From positions 24,807 through 88,806 of the forward strand of contig CAZVZU010000009.1 of the NCBI GenBank assembly GCA_964631685.1: a DNA stretch of 64,000 nucleotides, read 5' to 3'. Positions 39,870 through 50,390 of the stretch are shown in pieces (the stretch's first letter is position 1; each line of letters begins with the position of its first letter). Both the position numbers and the translations under genes were made by a program. This stretch comes from an uncultured Actinomycetes bacterium. Its GTDB lineage: Bacteria > SZUA-79 > Acidulodesulfobacterales > Acidulodesulfobacteraceae. Under the pieces are notes generated by a model. The model worked only from the letters and a program-made list of their open reading frames with translations, was not told where the DNA came from and searched no databases.

Positions 39870-39961
39870 TGGCGGAGAGAGAGGGATTCGAACCCCCGGT
39901 AGGCTTTCGCCTACAATTGATTTCGAGTCAATCGCCTTCGACCGGACTCGGCCATCTCTCC
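39870..39961 (-). tRNA. tRNA-Ser(CGA)
   Basis: GGAGAGA acceptor stem, ATTGA-CT-CGA-AA-TCAAT anticodon arm, long variable arm GTAGGC-GAAA-GCCTAC, GTTCGAATC, encoded CCA. Confidence 0.97.
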
Positions 39962-39981
39962 TCTATTTAACAACGCAAAAA

Positions 39982-40542
39982 TTATTTGGCTTTATTTATT
40001 TTGTCAAACTCATAACTAAGATAACCCCTAGGTAATTCTCCCGTAAAATGCGCAACAACGTAGCCCATCCTGTTTACTATAAACGACTGTGGTATTTCGT
40101 ATATATTTCCATACGCCTTTTCAATCTTATAATCTGCCATACCTATAGGATAGGTTATCATGCCGCCCTTGAAGGTTTTTATGAAATGCCGAACATATCT
40201 TCTTCCTTGGTTATTAACAGAAAGGCCAATAATCATAAACCCGTCCTTTTTATGCAATCTGTAAAATTTTTCGAGCCTCGGTATCTCGTGCCTACAGGGA
40301 GGGCACCACGTTGCCCAGAAATTAATAAGAATAATTTTGCCCTTGTAATTTTTAAGAGATATAGTCTTGCCCTGATAATTTAAACTTGAAACTGAGAATT
40401 GAGGAGCAACCGCCCTATTTCCCGACTTTTTAATGCCACGTCTCCGTAACAAATAAGGCGCATTGACTATTAGAACGGATATGATAACTATGACCGCCAC
40501 GAAAACTAGAACCTTAAAGATTTGGATATTTTTTCTATTCAT
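39982..40542 (-). CDS. TlpA/ResA-family membrane-anchored thiol-disulfide oxidoreductase
   Basis: N-terminal TM helix, INFWATWCPPCRHEIP, IPQSFIV. Confidence 0.9.
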   Translation of the reverse strand: MNRKNIQIFKVLVFVAVIVIISVLIVNAPYLLRRRGIKKSGNRAVAPQFSVSSLNYQGKTISLKNYKGKIILINFWATWCPPCRHEIPRLEKFYRLHKKDGFMIIGLSVNNQGRRYVRHFIKTFKGGMITYPIGMADYKIEKAYGNIYEIPQSFIVNRMGYVVAHFTGELPRGYLSYEFDKINKAK

Positions 40543-40751
40543 AATCTAGTAAAATAAGTCTGTTCACAATGCTTCGATTATACTTCGTTTACTGATTTTA
40601 TCATAATCCTGAATTATTATCAAAAAATAAAAATTATTATCCTACTTTATACTACGACACATGATTAATTTATTTTAAAAATTTGCTTTTTATGATATAT
40701 TAATTTGAAATTGAAGTTAATTGACAAAAGAAGCGGAGGTTTTAATTTTAG

Positions 40752-41618
40752 ATGAGGGTAAATAAGGCAATCTTTCCCGCCGCGGGTCTTGGGACAAGAC
40801 TTTTACCTATCACAAAATCTATTCCTAAGGAAATGCTGGTTTTAGTTGATAAACCGCTAATACAATACGGCGTAGAAGAGTGTATAGGAGCAGAGATTAA
40901 CGACATAATCATTGTGACAGGCAGAGGGAAAACAGCCATTGAGGATTATTTCGATAGATCGATTGAGCATGAAATTATATTAAAACAAAAAGGGAAACAC
41001 TATTTATTGAAATCAGTTGATGATATTTCCGATATCATCAATCTGACGTATACTCGTCAAAAAGAGGCCTTAGGTTTAGGCCACGCAATTTTGTGCGCAC
41101 AAAACATGGTTGGAAACGAGCCGTTCGCTGTTGTGTTAAGCGACGACGTGATAGATTCCGATATTCCCGTCATGAAACAAATGGTTGATATATATAAAAA
41201 ATATAGGTATTCCGTATTAGCCGTTCAACGAGTCCGTGACGACAATGTTTCAAAATACGGAATTATAAAAGGAACAAAAATAGGAAAAAGATTGTTTAAG
41301 GTTGAAGATCTTGTTGAAAAGCCTGAAATACACGAAGCTCCTTCTAATCTTGCCATAATAGGTAGATATATTTTAACACCTAATATTTTTGATTTCATTA
41401 GCGAAACAAAACCAGGCAAGGGTGGAGAAATTCAACTCACCGATGCCATTAAATCACTTCTTTCTATCCAGCCAGTTTATGCGCTTGAATTTGAAGGAAC
41501 AAGATACGACGGCGGAAATAAACTTGACTTACTGAAAGCTCAATTGGTGTATGGGTTAAAGAATGAGGAACTCAAAAATGGGCTTATCGAATTTATTAAA
41601 AAACTTGATTTTATTTAA
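40752..41618 (+). CDS. galU: UTP--glucose-1-phosphate uridylyltransferase
   Basis: PAAGLGTRLLP.TK..PKEM, RQKEALGLGHA, VEKP, GRYIL, GGEIQLTDA. Confidence 0.96.
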   Translation: MRVNKAIFPAAGLGTRLLPITKSIPKEMLVLVDKPLIQYGVEECIGAEINDIIIVTGRGKTAIEDYFDRSIEHEIILKQKGKHYLLKSVDDISDIINLTYTRQKEALGLGHAILCAQNMVGNEPFAVVLSDDVIDSDIPVMKQMVDIYKKYRYSVLAVQRVRDDNVSKYGIIKGTKIGKRLFKVEDLVEKPEIHEAPSNLAIIGRYILTPNIFDFISETKPGKGGEIQLTDAIKSLLSIQPVYALEFEGTRYDGGNKLDLLKAQLVYGLKNEELKNGLIEFIKKLDFI

Positions 41619-41680
41619 TTTTTTTAATATTTAGACTAATTAAAGGATTATAATAACAATATCATTTAGGAGCTATTTAC

Positions 41681-44209
41681 ATGGTTAACACAGGCCGAAA
41701 AGATTTCGAAAATTTATTGGATGACGCGAGCGATATCGTTATCGGCAAAAATGAAAGTGGTGATGATACTGATCACAAAAACAATCTATCGGAAGAAATT
41801 CAAATACCGGAAGTTATTCCGTTATTGCCGATTAGAGACATAGTACTCTTTCCGTTTATGATAATACCTCTTTTTGTTGGAAGAGAGGCATCCGTCAAGG
41901 CGGTTGATGAAGCTATTGCAAAGGATAGATTAATACTTCTCTCTGCTCAAAAGGATATTATAGTCGAAGAACCGATGCAAAATGATATTTATGATGTAGG
42001 CGTTGTCGCTATGATTATGAAAATGCTTAAACTTCCGGACGGCAGGGTTAAAATCTTAGTCCAGGGTATATCAAAGGCCAAAATAGATACATTTGTTCAA
42101 GTGAAGCCCTTTTATCTCGTAAAAGTATCAAAAATAACAGAAGAGAACATTGTTAATATAACACCGGCCGTTGATGCTTTAATGAGAAATGTAAAGGAAC
42201 AGCTCGAAAAATATGTTTCATTAGGCAGATTGCCATCACAAGACATTCTGGTAATATTAGAGAACGTTAATAGTCCTGAAAGGCTTGCCGATATTGTAGC
42301 GTCTAATTTGGGGCTAAAAGTAGAGGAATCTCAAAAAATATTAGAAGAGCCCGATCAGTTAGAAAGACTCAAAAAGGTAAATGATATATTGGCAAGAGAA
42401 ATTGAAGTCCTTTCTATGCAGGCCAAGATACAGTCTCAAGCAAAAGAAGAGATGACAAAAACTCAAAGAAGTTATTTTTTAAGAGAACAACTCAGACAAA
42501 TAAAGCAAGAGCTAGGGGAAACAGATGAAAAAAGCCAGGAAATAACGGAATTAAGAGAAAAAATACTCTCAGCAAAGATGCCTTCAGATGTTTTAAAAGA
42601 GGCTGAAAAGCAACTATCAAGATTAGAAACGATGCATCAAGACGCAGCAGAGGCATCTACCGTTAGGACATATTTGGAATGGCTAACAGATATACCATGG
42701 TCAAAAAAAACAAGGGATAACTTAAACATAGAAACTGCCAAAAAGATCTTAGATGAAGATCACTACGATTTAGAAAAAATCAAGGAAAGAATCCTTGAAT
42801 ATCTTAGCGTCAGGAAGCTTAATAAAAAAATAAAAGGACCTATACTATGCTTCATAGGACCTCCCGGCGTCGGCAAGACATCTCTTGGCAAATCCATTGC
42901 GAAGGCTATGAATAGAAAGTTTATACGGGTTTCTCTCGGCGGGGTGCACGACGAAGCAGAAATTAGGGGGCACAGAAGGACTTATGTGGGCGCTCTTCCC
43001 GGCAGGGTAGTTCAAGGCATTAAACAAGCGGGTACTAATAATCCGGTATTCATGATAGATGAAATAGACAAAATCGGTACCGATTTTAGGGGCGACCCAT
43101 CGTCTGCCCTTCTGGAAGTACTGGATCCAGAACAAAACTTTTCATTTTCTGACCACTATCTAAATGTTCCGTTTGATTTGTCAAATGTTATGTTTATTGC
43201 CACGGCTAATGTAGCCGACACAATACCGTCTCCCCTCAGGGATAGAATGGAAACCATAAATCTGTCCGGATATACCCTTGAAGAAAAAGAGAAGATTGCG
43301 GAAAAATATCTTATTTCAAGACAAATAAAGGAAAACGGGCTAAAAAAAGATTATATAGAGTTTAAACCAAGCGCTGTAAGAACCATTATATCAGGATACA
43401 CCAGAGAAGCAGGGCTAAGAAACTTAGAGCGTGAGATTGGATCCGTGTGCAGAAAAGTGGCAAGACTAATAGCCGAAAATAAAATTAAAAAGTACACTAT
43501 AACCAATAAAAATGTGCATAAATATCTCGGTACAATAAAAATTCTACCGGATGAAGAAAGAGAAAAGGATGAAATTGGCGTTTCTACAGGGCTTGCATGG
43601 ACTCCATACGGCGGTGAGGTCTTATACATTGAAACCGTGCTTGTTAGAGGAAAAGGCGGATTGTTGCTGACCGGACAACTTGGAGACGTAATGAAAGAGT
43701 CGGCACAGGCTGCCATTAGTTACGCAAGATCAAAAACTGACGAACTTGGTATCGAAGCAGACACATTTGAAAAATACGATATACATGTGCATATACCCGA
43801 AGGGGCAATACCAAAAGATGGACCATCTGCGGGAATTACAATGGCAACATCATTAATTTCGGCATTATTAAAAAAACCTGTTAAAAAGGATATCGCAATG
43901 ACGGGAGAAATTACATTAAGGGGTAATGTGCTTCCTATTGGAGGATTGAAGGAAAAATCCTTGGCCGCACTAAGGGCCGGTATAAAAACCATTTTGATAC
44001 CGGAAAGGAATAAAAAAGATCTTGATGAAATATCTCCGTTGGTCAAAAAAAACTTAAAATTTATACCAGTTAAACACATGGACGAGGTTGTCAGGCATGC
44101 TGTGGTCGACATGTTTGATTCAAAACCTTATGATAAGACGAAATCTGAATTGAAATCTAAACCTAAATGCAGATCAAAAAAAGAGGGTGAGAAAAAAAGA
44201 AGGGCTTAA
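41681..44209 (+). CDS. lon: ATP-dependent Lon protease
   Basis: LON N-domain, Walker [15 protein letters not shown], catalytic PKDGPSAG and GGLKEK. Confidence 0.97.
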   Translation: MVNTGRKDFENLLDDASDIVIGKNESGDDTDHKNNLSEEIQIPEVIPLLPIRDIVLFPFMIIPLFVGREASVKAVDEAIAKDRLILLSAQKDIIVEEPMQNDIYDVGVVAMIMKMLKLPDGRVKILVQGISKAKIDTFVQVKPFYLVKVSKITEENIVNITPAVDALMRNVKEQLEKYVSLGRLPSQDILVILENVNSPERLADIVASNLGLKVEESQKILEEPDQLERLKKVNDILAREIEVLSMQAKIQSQAKEEMTKTQRSYFLREQLRQIKQELGETDEKSQEITELREKILSAKMPSDVLKEAEKQLSRLETMHQDAAEASTVRTYLEWLTDIPWSKKTRDNLNIETAKKILDEDHYDLEKIKERILEYLSVRKLNKKIKGPILCFIGPPGVGKTSLGKSIAKAMNRKFIRVSLGGVHDEAEIRGHRRTYVGALPGRVVQGIKQAGTNNPVFMIDEIDKIGTDFRGDPSSALLEVLDPEQNFSFSDHYLNVPFDLSNVMFIATANVADTIPSPLRDRMETINLSGYTLEEKEKIAEKYLISRQIKENGLKKDYIEFKPSAVRTIISGYTREAGLRNLEREIGSVCRKVARLIAENKIKKYTITNKNVHKYLGTIKILPDEEREKDEIGVSTGLAWTPYGGEVLYIETVLVRGKGGLLLTGQLGDVMKESAQAAISYARSKTDELGIEADTFEKYDIHVHIPEGAIPKDGPSAGITMATSLISALLKKPVKKDIAMTGEITLRGNVLPIGGLKEKSLAALRAGIKTILIPERNKKDLDEISPLVKKNLKFIPVKHMDEVVRHAVVDMFDSKPYDKTKSELKSKPKCRSKKEGEKKRRA

Positions 44210-45197
44210 CGAAACCGCACTAATCAGGGAAATTGAAAAGATAAGCCTTGTGACCCGTAAGTTTAATAAATCTTTGATTATTAAGTCTATCGGTGATGAT
44301 TGCGCTATTTTCAAGGATAAAAATAATATACTCGTGAGCACAGATTGTATAACGGAAAATGTTCACTTTACAATTGGTTCGTACAGCTTCAATGAGATTG
44401 GTGCAAAATCATTATTGGTCAATTTAAGCGATATAGCTGCAATGGGTGGGGTTCCGCGTTTATTTACATTATCTTTGCTACTGCCTGAGTACATAAATGA
44501 AGAAAACATTAAAAACATCCTACACGGCATTGTAGATATTGCAAAAAAATATAAGATTTCTCTTGTAGGGGGCAATATATCTAGATCGTCCGAACTATCC
44601 GTATCTATAACCATCATTGGAGACTATAAGGATGATAATGTTATAAGACGGGATGGTTCAAGGGTTGGCGACTCGGTTTTTGTTTCAGGGGAGCTTGGTA
44701 ATGCATGGATGTCATATTATTTGAGACAACATATTGAAAATACAAGAAAAAAAGGGACACAACTAGAGGATTTTGAAAAACAATTTAAACTTCCGACACC
44801 AAGAATAAAACTAGCTAATGAACTGGCAACTAAGCGACTTGCAAATTCATTAACAGATATTAGTGACGGCTTATATAAAGATGTTTTTAATATAGCGGGT
44901 ATTTCAAATGGCATTGAGATATGGATGGATGAACTACCTATTAATGAAAATTTAAAACATATTGTGAAATTACTAAAAATAAAAAAATATATGGATAATG
45001 TTATATCATTCGGCGAAGATTACGAACTTTTATGGACATCTGACAGCACAAAAGAGGATGAGATTTTAAATTTATCGAGCCGGCTTGGCGTAATGGTTAA
45101 AAAAATAGGGAGAATAGTCAGTGAACCGGCTCAGCGCGTATTCATAAAAAACGGTGCACCGTACGCCGTACATAATTTTACCTTCAGGCATTTATAA
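44187..45197 (+). CDS. thiL: Thiamine-monophosphate kinase
   Basis: [37 protein letters not shown]. Confidence 0.92.
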   Translation: MRKKEGLNETALIREIEKISLVTRKFNKSLIIKSIGDDCAIFKDKNNILVSTDCITENVHFTIGSYSFNEIGAKSLLVNLSDIAAMGGVPRLFTLSLLLPEYINEENIKNILHGIVDIAKKYKISLVGGNISRSSELSVSITIIGDYKDDNVIRRDGSRVGDSVFVSGELGNAWMSYYLRQHIENTRKKGTQLEDFEKQFKLPTPRIKLANELATKRLANSLTDISDGLYKDVFNIAGISNGIEIWMDELPINENLKHIVKLLKIKKYMDNVISFGEDYELLWTSDSTKEDEILNLSSRLGVMVKKIGRIVSEPAQRVFIKNGAPYAVHNFTFRHL

Positions 45198-45199
45198 TT

Positions 45200-46171
45200 A
45201 TGTATTTTGTCACCTATTTGCTATTTTTCATCCTATTTATTGCCATATCATCTGTTTTCTCAATTTCAGAATCTTCTATTTTTTCACTGACTAAGTCTGA
45301 CATAGACGAGTTAATCCTAAAAAAAAGAACCAAGGTAATATTTTTAATAAGAAAATCGTCCATATTCCTTGTAATAATCTTGGTGGGGAATATGACTGCC
45401 AATGTGGTGACTGCAAGTTTCGGATCAATTCTCCTGAAAGAATATTTTCATAAGATACCTATAATCTACTCCATTATATTAATATCTCTTACCCTGATAA
45501 TAATAGCCGAAATTATTCCAAAAATCATCGCGTTGAAAAAACCAGTAGAACTATCCCTGATAGTTTCACATATCTTTTATCCTATTACATTTTATACTGA
45601 ATTGTTAATAAAAAAACTCGGCATCAAAGAAACGAGATTTAAATTAGAAAGGGAAGAGTCCATTTCTAATGAAGAGTTAAAAATGGTGATAGAAATTGGC
45701 AAAACCGATGGCGAAATAAAAGAAAAAGAATACGAATTTATAGAAAATTTTTTAAAACTCTCTTACTTAAAGGCCGGCAATGTCATGACTAAAAGAGATA
45801 ATGTTTTTGAATTAGATGTTAATACTCCCGTGTTGACGGCAATTAAATTTGCCCTAGAAAATCATTTTTCCAGAGTACCAATTTATTTTAGAGAAAAAGA
45901 TAATATAGTCGGTGTACTTCTTACTAAAAATATTCTTTCAAAGGTGTGCGATACGGGCGGAGAAAAAAGAACCCTTAACTCTTTTTTAATAAAGCCATTT
46001 TTTATACCAGCATCTAAAAATGCGCTGGAACTCTTCAGGGAATTACAAAGAAAAAAGATTCACATTGCAATCGTAGTTAATGAATACGGAAAAATGACTG
46101 GAATTGTTACCATGGAAGATTTACTCGAAGAAATATTTGGAGAAATTGAGGATGAATATGATGTTCAATAA
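45200..46171 (+). CDS. CNNM/DUF21 plus CBS-pair membrane protein (hemolysin/CorC family)
   Basis: FS.SE.SIFS, ILVGN, AEIIPK, FSRVPIY, VVNEYG..GIVTMEDLLEEIFGEI. Confidence 0.88.
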   Translation: MYFVTYLLFFILFIAISSVFSISESSIFSLTKSDIDELILKKRTKVIFLIRKSSIFLVIILVGNMTANVVTASFGSILLKEYFHKIPIIYSIILISLTLIIIAEIIPKIIALKKPVELSLIVSHIFYPITFYTELLIKKLGIKETRFKLEREESISNEELKMVIEIGKTDGEIKEKEYEFIENFLKLSYLKAGNVMTKRDNVFELDVNTPVLTAIKFALENHFSRVPIYFREKDNIVGVLLTKNILSKVCDTGGEKRTLNSFLIKPFFIPASKNALELFRELQRKKIHIAIVVNEYGKMTGIVTMEDLLEEIFGEIEDEYDVQ

Positions 46172-47405
46172 CCTATATATTATTTATATAATTATCATTA
46201 TTGTTTCTATATTGTTTGAAGGATTTTTTGCCGGTTCCGAAATAGGCATTATAAGTTTCGATAAGATTAAGATAAAACATATGGAGACTAAGGGGAACAA
46301 ACTTGCTAAATTTTTAATTAAGATGACCAAAAGACCTGAAAATACCTTTTCAACTTCCCTAATTGGTAACAATATTGCGTATACAACTGCATCTATTCTG
46401 GCAACTACAGTTACATATGAATACGCACACTCATATACACCGTTTATAGTGGCAATTTTTCTTACACCCTTCATGGTCATTTTCGGTGAAATAATTCCGA
46501 AAATGATTTACAGAAGGAATGCTAATAGTCTTATGTTGAAAAGCATTCCTTTAATCACGGCTTTCGGGGTTATATTTTTTCCCATTAATATCATCTTTAT
46601 AGCCCTGTCTAAACTCTTAAATATTATTTTTAAAAGCAAGTCAAAAAATGTGTTTTTAACTAAAGATGAACTTATAAAGGTTTTAACAATAAGCGGCAAT
46701 ATAGAAGAACTTAAGGATTATGATAAAAAAATTATAAAACGGATATTTGATTTTAAGGATAAAACCGCCAAGGATATTATCATGCCGCTTATACATGTTA
46801 TAGCAGTAGATGAAGATGAAAGCGTAAAGGTGGCAAGGCATATTCTGACAGAATCTAACTATTCCAGAATACCTGTTTATAAAGACCGTATAGATAACAT
46901 ATTGAATATTGCATTCGCTTTTGATATTTATAACCCCGAAAATGCAGATAAAGTGATAGGTGATATAGCTAAGCCCATACTCTTCATACCCGAAACTTTA
47001 AAAATATCGGTAATAATGATTAAGATGCAGAAAAGTCATCAGCAAATGGTTGCCGTTGTTGACGAGTATGGCGGAGTATCCGGAATAATAACATTCGAGG
47101 ATATTCTGGAAGAAATAGTAGGAGAAATCAGGGACGAAACAGATGAGGAGGAACCGATGTATAAAAAGATAGGTAAAAACACATATGTGATAAATACAAG
47201 GCTCACAATAGACGAGCTATCGGAACTGTTCAACTTGACGATAGAAAAACACCCGGAAGCAGATTATGAAACCATTTCTGGCTTAATAATGGATAGACTT
47301 GGCAGAATACCCGTTCCGGGTGAAAAATTCACAATAGAAAATCTTAATTTCACAGTAACACAATCAACGAGCAAGTCGCTAAAAGAGGTAATCCTAAGCT
47401 ACTGA
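46158..47405 (+). CDS. CNNM/DUF21, CBS-pair and CorC_HlyC membrane protein
   Basis: FFAGSE, GEIIPK, YSRIPVY, VVDEYGG, YETISGLI...GRIP; ATG 46158 follows GAGG. Confidence 0.88.
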   Translation: MMFNNLYIIYIIIIIVSILFEGFFAGSEIGIISFDKIKIKHMETKGNKLAKFLIKMTKRPENTFSTSLIGNNIAYTTASILATTVTYEYAHSYTPFIVAIFLTPFMVIFGEIIPKMIYRRNANSLMLKSIPLITAFGVIFFPINIIFIALSKLLNIIFKSKSKNVFLTKDELIKVLTISGNIEELKDYDKKIIKRIFDFKDKTAKDIIMPLIHVIAVDEDESVKVARHILTESNYSRIPVYKDRIDNILNIAFAFDIYNPENADKVIGDIAKPILFIPETLKISVIMIKMQKSHQQMVAVVDEYGGVSGIITFEDILEEIVGEIRDETDEEEPMYKKIGKNTYVINTRLTIDELSELFNLTIEKHPEADYETISGLIMDRLGRIPVPGEKFTIENLNFTVTQSTSKSLKEVILSY

Positions 47406-47419
47406 AAAGTAGATAGCAC

Positions 47420-47755
47420 TTAATGAGCGGCGACCTTATCTATCATCTGTTGAAATGAAGTTTTAGGCGCTGCACCGACTATCTGATCAACTACCTTTCC
47501 GTTATTAAACAAAATAACGGTCGGTATACCTCTTATGCTGTATTTACCGGGAATAACCTGATTTTCATCAACATTTACCTTTCCTACTTTTATCGTGTCA
47601 CCATAAATTGATGCCATTTCATCAACAATAGGTGCAACGGCTCTGCACGGCGCGCACCAGACAGCCCAAAAATCTACAAGAACGGGCTTGTCCGACTTTA
47701 AAACCTCAGTCTCAAAATTTGCATCCGTAAAGACCAAAACATTTTCTGAAGCCAT
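47420..47755 (-). CDS. trxA: Thioredoxin
   Basis: VLVDFWAVWCAPC, IRGIPT; RBS supports ATG 47755. Confidence 0.95.
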   Translation of the reverse strand: MASENVLVFTDANFETEVLKSDKPVLVDFWAVWCAPCRAVAPIVDEMASIYGDTIKVGKVNVDENQVIPGKYSIRGIPTVILFNNGKVVDQIVGAAPKTSFQQMIDKVAAH

Positions 47756-47832
47756 AATCAATAACTCCTCCTTAATTTTTTAATTAATATTTAGAATGTC
47801 CTTCCGTTTTTCATAATCTATCAAGCTATACT

Positions 47833-48813
47833 TTATGAATCAGTCCTTTGTTCTGATCTTAACACCAAAGAATCTGCTATCTTAGTGAATACCGCCTTTA
47901 CCTCCGGATGGATGTCTTTTGTCATAATCGGCTCACCTTTATCGGAAAGTTCACAAATTTCCTCGACTATAGGTATTTCACCTAGAAAATTTACACCCAA
48001 TTTTTCAGCAGCTAATTTAGCACCACCGTGTTTAAAAATATCTGAACGCTTGTTGCAATGCGGACAAACAAAATAACTCATATTTTCAACTATGCCGAAA
48101 ACAGGAACATTCACTTTGTCAAACATACCTAACGCCTTTTTAGCATCTATGAGCGAAATATCCTGCGGTGTGGAAACCACAATAGCAAAATTTATTGGAA
48201 CGGTCTGGACTAATGTAAGCTGAATATCCCCTGTTCCAGGAGGAAGGTCGACAACGAGAAAGTCAATCTCGCCCCACTCCACATCTTTCAAAAACTGCGT
48301 AGTAACCTGCATAACTACAGGTCCTCTCCAAATAGCGGGAGCATCTTCCGGAATCAAAAAACCCAGCGACATAAGCTTGATTCCAAATTTTTCTATAGGA
48401 ATTATTTTGTTTTGCGGGGTTAGATCTGGCCTCTTGTTCACACCCATCATAGTTGGAATACTAGGACCGTATAAATCTGCGTCCATAAGCCCGACTTTTT
48501 TACCCTGTTGTGCCAATCCGATGGCTAAGTTAGCGCTAAATGTGGACTTCCCTACGCCACCCTTACCACTTGCAACAGCAATAATATTTTTTACACCTAC
48601 AATAGGGACCTGTTCTTCGAATGGATTTTTATTGCCGTGCCCTCCTTCGCTTCCCGAAGGACACCCGCAAGAGGATTCTTCTTGCCCTTTATCTTCACAA
48701 CCGCATGAACTATTGGATTCCTCGCTTTCGCGACCTCCGCCCACCTCAAAACTTCTAACTCCATCCTTGCCGTTTGCGTCAAATTTATTCGACTGTTCTT
48801 CACTATTACTCAT
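47833..48813 (-). CDS. mrp: Mrp/NBP35 (ApbC) FeS-cluster carrier ATPase
   Basis: GKGGVGKS, DADLYGPS, WRGP, DLPPGTGD, ENMSYF.CPHC. Confidence 0.93.
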   Translation of the reverse strand: MSNSEEQSNKFDANGKDGVRSFEVGGGRESEESNSSCGCEDKGQEESSCGCPSGSEGGHGNKNPFEEQVPIVGVKNIIAVASGKGGVGKSTFSANLAIGLAQQGKKVGLMDADLYGPSIPTMMGVNKRPDLTPQNKIIPIEKFGIKLMSLGFLIPEDAPAIWRGPVVMQVTTQFLKDVEWGEIDFLVVDLPPGTGDIQLTLVQTVPINFAIVVSTPQDISLIDAKKALGMFDKVNVPVFGIVENMSYFVCPHCNKRSDIFKHGGAKLAAEKLGVNFLGEIPIVEEICELSDKGEPIMTKDIHPEVKAVFTKIADSLVLRSEQRTDS

Positions 48814-48925
48814 AAAACACCCCTTAAATTTTTATTGTTATCAGATTTTAATTTTATATGCAAATATACATATACTTACATTATCATAATTTAGCAATTA
48901 CTTCAACCAAAAAATAAATGGTGCA

Positions 48926-50239
48926 TCATGCGTCACCCTTAATCTTGAACGCATCCATGAACGCACTAACGGAAAACTCTGCCTTACCGGGACCGGCTTC
49001 ACCGTACCCCTCTGGAATAGGCAGTCCGTACTTATAGTGAAGCTCGTGCCATTTGAGCAGGAGTTTAACATAATACTCAAGAGGAACGGATGAATTTCCT
49101 AACTTCCCTAGCTTGCTTGTCTTTTCGGGACACCAGGTTGTATACCTGGGTATAACACTATTGGACATAAAAAACTCTAAGCCCTCCGCCGTTGAATTTA
49201 TAGCATCATCTATATTGCTAAATCCATAAGGTTTGGAAAGTTCGACACCAGCGACAAAATTAGGAATAACCCTATACTCTCCAAATATTGATACCGCATC
49301 CACTATTCTTTTTATCCATTCATCTCTTCCTATAAAGAGAGATTTTCCGGGACAGATATTATCAAAGAGCTCCCTATCCCAGACCTCAAAATTAGTATGG
49401 TATATAAACGCCCCTGCGTCTTTGAGGCGTTTAAGCTTCTTTATATCGTGAGCTTGCACAACAACCTTGCTTATCCATTTCCCCTTGTATTTATCCTCAA
49501 TGGCCTCCAAGAACGGAACATAAAAGTCTATCTCGGCATCACCCTTAAACTCTGCCCCATCCACGATACTTCCGCCCGTTAACGTATACGCTTTAGACAC
49601 GGAATCCTTCGATGCGTTGATTAAGCCCAAGGCATCAATTATGTCATCGATAGACTTTACAGCAGAATAGTCCTTATGCGTCTTTTTTTGGGTGACATAA
49701 TTCGACCTCATATCACAAAAGGCACATTCATTATTATTTTCAAAATACTGACACATTCTAAAAACAGCAAGGTATATAAGGTATCCCCATTCGATAGTCG
49801 GGGCAATATCCCTGACCGATTTTCCGGTTGAGGTTGTTTTAAGCATATAAGATTTTTCGGGTGAGAAAACAATATCCCCAATAAATGCACCATCCAAAAA
49901 CAAAACATACTTATCTTTGGATTGGTCAAACTTAATTTTGTACGGCGAAGACTTATTTATTCTAACGGAAATGATAGTTCTCTTGAGATTGTATATTCCA
50001 TTTTGAAGGGCTATTTCTTCCGGATATTTCCTCGTAGCTATATCGTTATCGTTATCCACATCAAATGAGAAGATAAAATAAGACTTGCCTGAAAAATTCT
50101 CGTTATGGACTATGCGCTCAAAAAAAACCCCCTGCCTTAGTATATCCTCCTTAATTATGGCTTCGGGATTTAGTAAATCACCGTATTCTTTAATATAAAG
50201 CTCCAGATTATTCAAATATCTATTGGGCATGTATTCCAT
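48926..50239 (-). CDS. Uncharacterised radical SAM protein (CX8CX2C)
   Basis: CQYFENNNECAFC, TLTGGS, NFEVWD...ICPGK, NFVAGVE. Confidence 0.75.
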   Translation of the reverse strand: MEYMPNRYLNNLELYIKEYGDLLNPEAIIKEDILRQGVFFERIVHNENFSGKSYFIFSFDVDNDNDIATRKYPEEIALQNGIYNLKRTIISVRINKSSPYKIKFDQSKDKYVLFLDGAFIGDIVFSPEKSYMLKTTSTGKSVRDIAPTIEWGYLIYLAVFRMCQYFENNNECAFCDMRSNYVTQKKTHKDYSAVKSIDDIIDALGLINASKDSVSKAYTLTGGSIVDGAEFKGDAEIDFYVPFLEAIEDKYKGKWISKVVVQAHDIKKLKRLKDAGAFIYHTNFEVWDRELFDNICPGKSLFIGRDEWIKRIVDAVSIFGEYRVIPNFVAGVELSKPYGFSNIDDAINSTAEGLEFFMSNSVIPRYTTWCPEKTSKLGKLGNSSVPLEYYVKLLLKWHELHYKYGLPIPEGYGEAGPGKAEFSVSAFMDAFKIKGDA

Positions 50240-50390
50240 TTTATTACTTTAAAGTTAAAATTTCAATCGACAATTTTACTTTACATCAATAAGTAAAAAA
50301 TATTATAATGTAAAATACCTATTAGGGCATATTATGCTAATTGCATGAGAATATTATTGGTATCTTTTTATTAAAAATGGAGATTTTATT

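Noticed and set aside
17858..39961. Whole sulfur cluster as an island integrated at tRNA-Ser
   Set aside because: The two tRNA 3'-end copies are only 138 bp apart; I saw no third copy at the far end and no integrase
39847..40035. 62-aa ORF (GGERGIRTPG...)
   Set aside because: It is the antisense translation of the tRNA-Ser gene
41681..47405. Lon or the CNNM genes as type III effectors (CalpL- or CorA-like)
   Set aside because: Full-length housekeeping LonA with AAA+ domain, and CNNM is not CorA; both are more than 6 kb from the cas genes in a galU-lon-thiL operon
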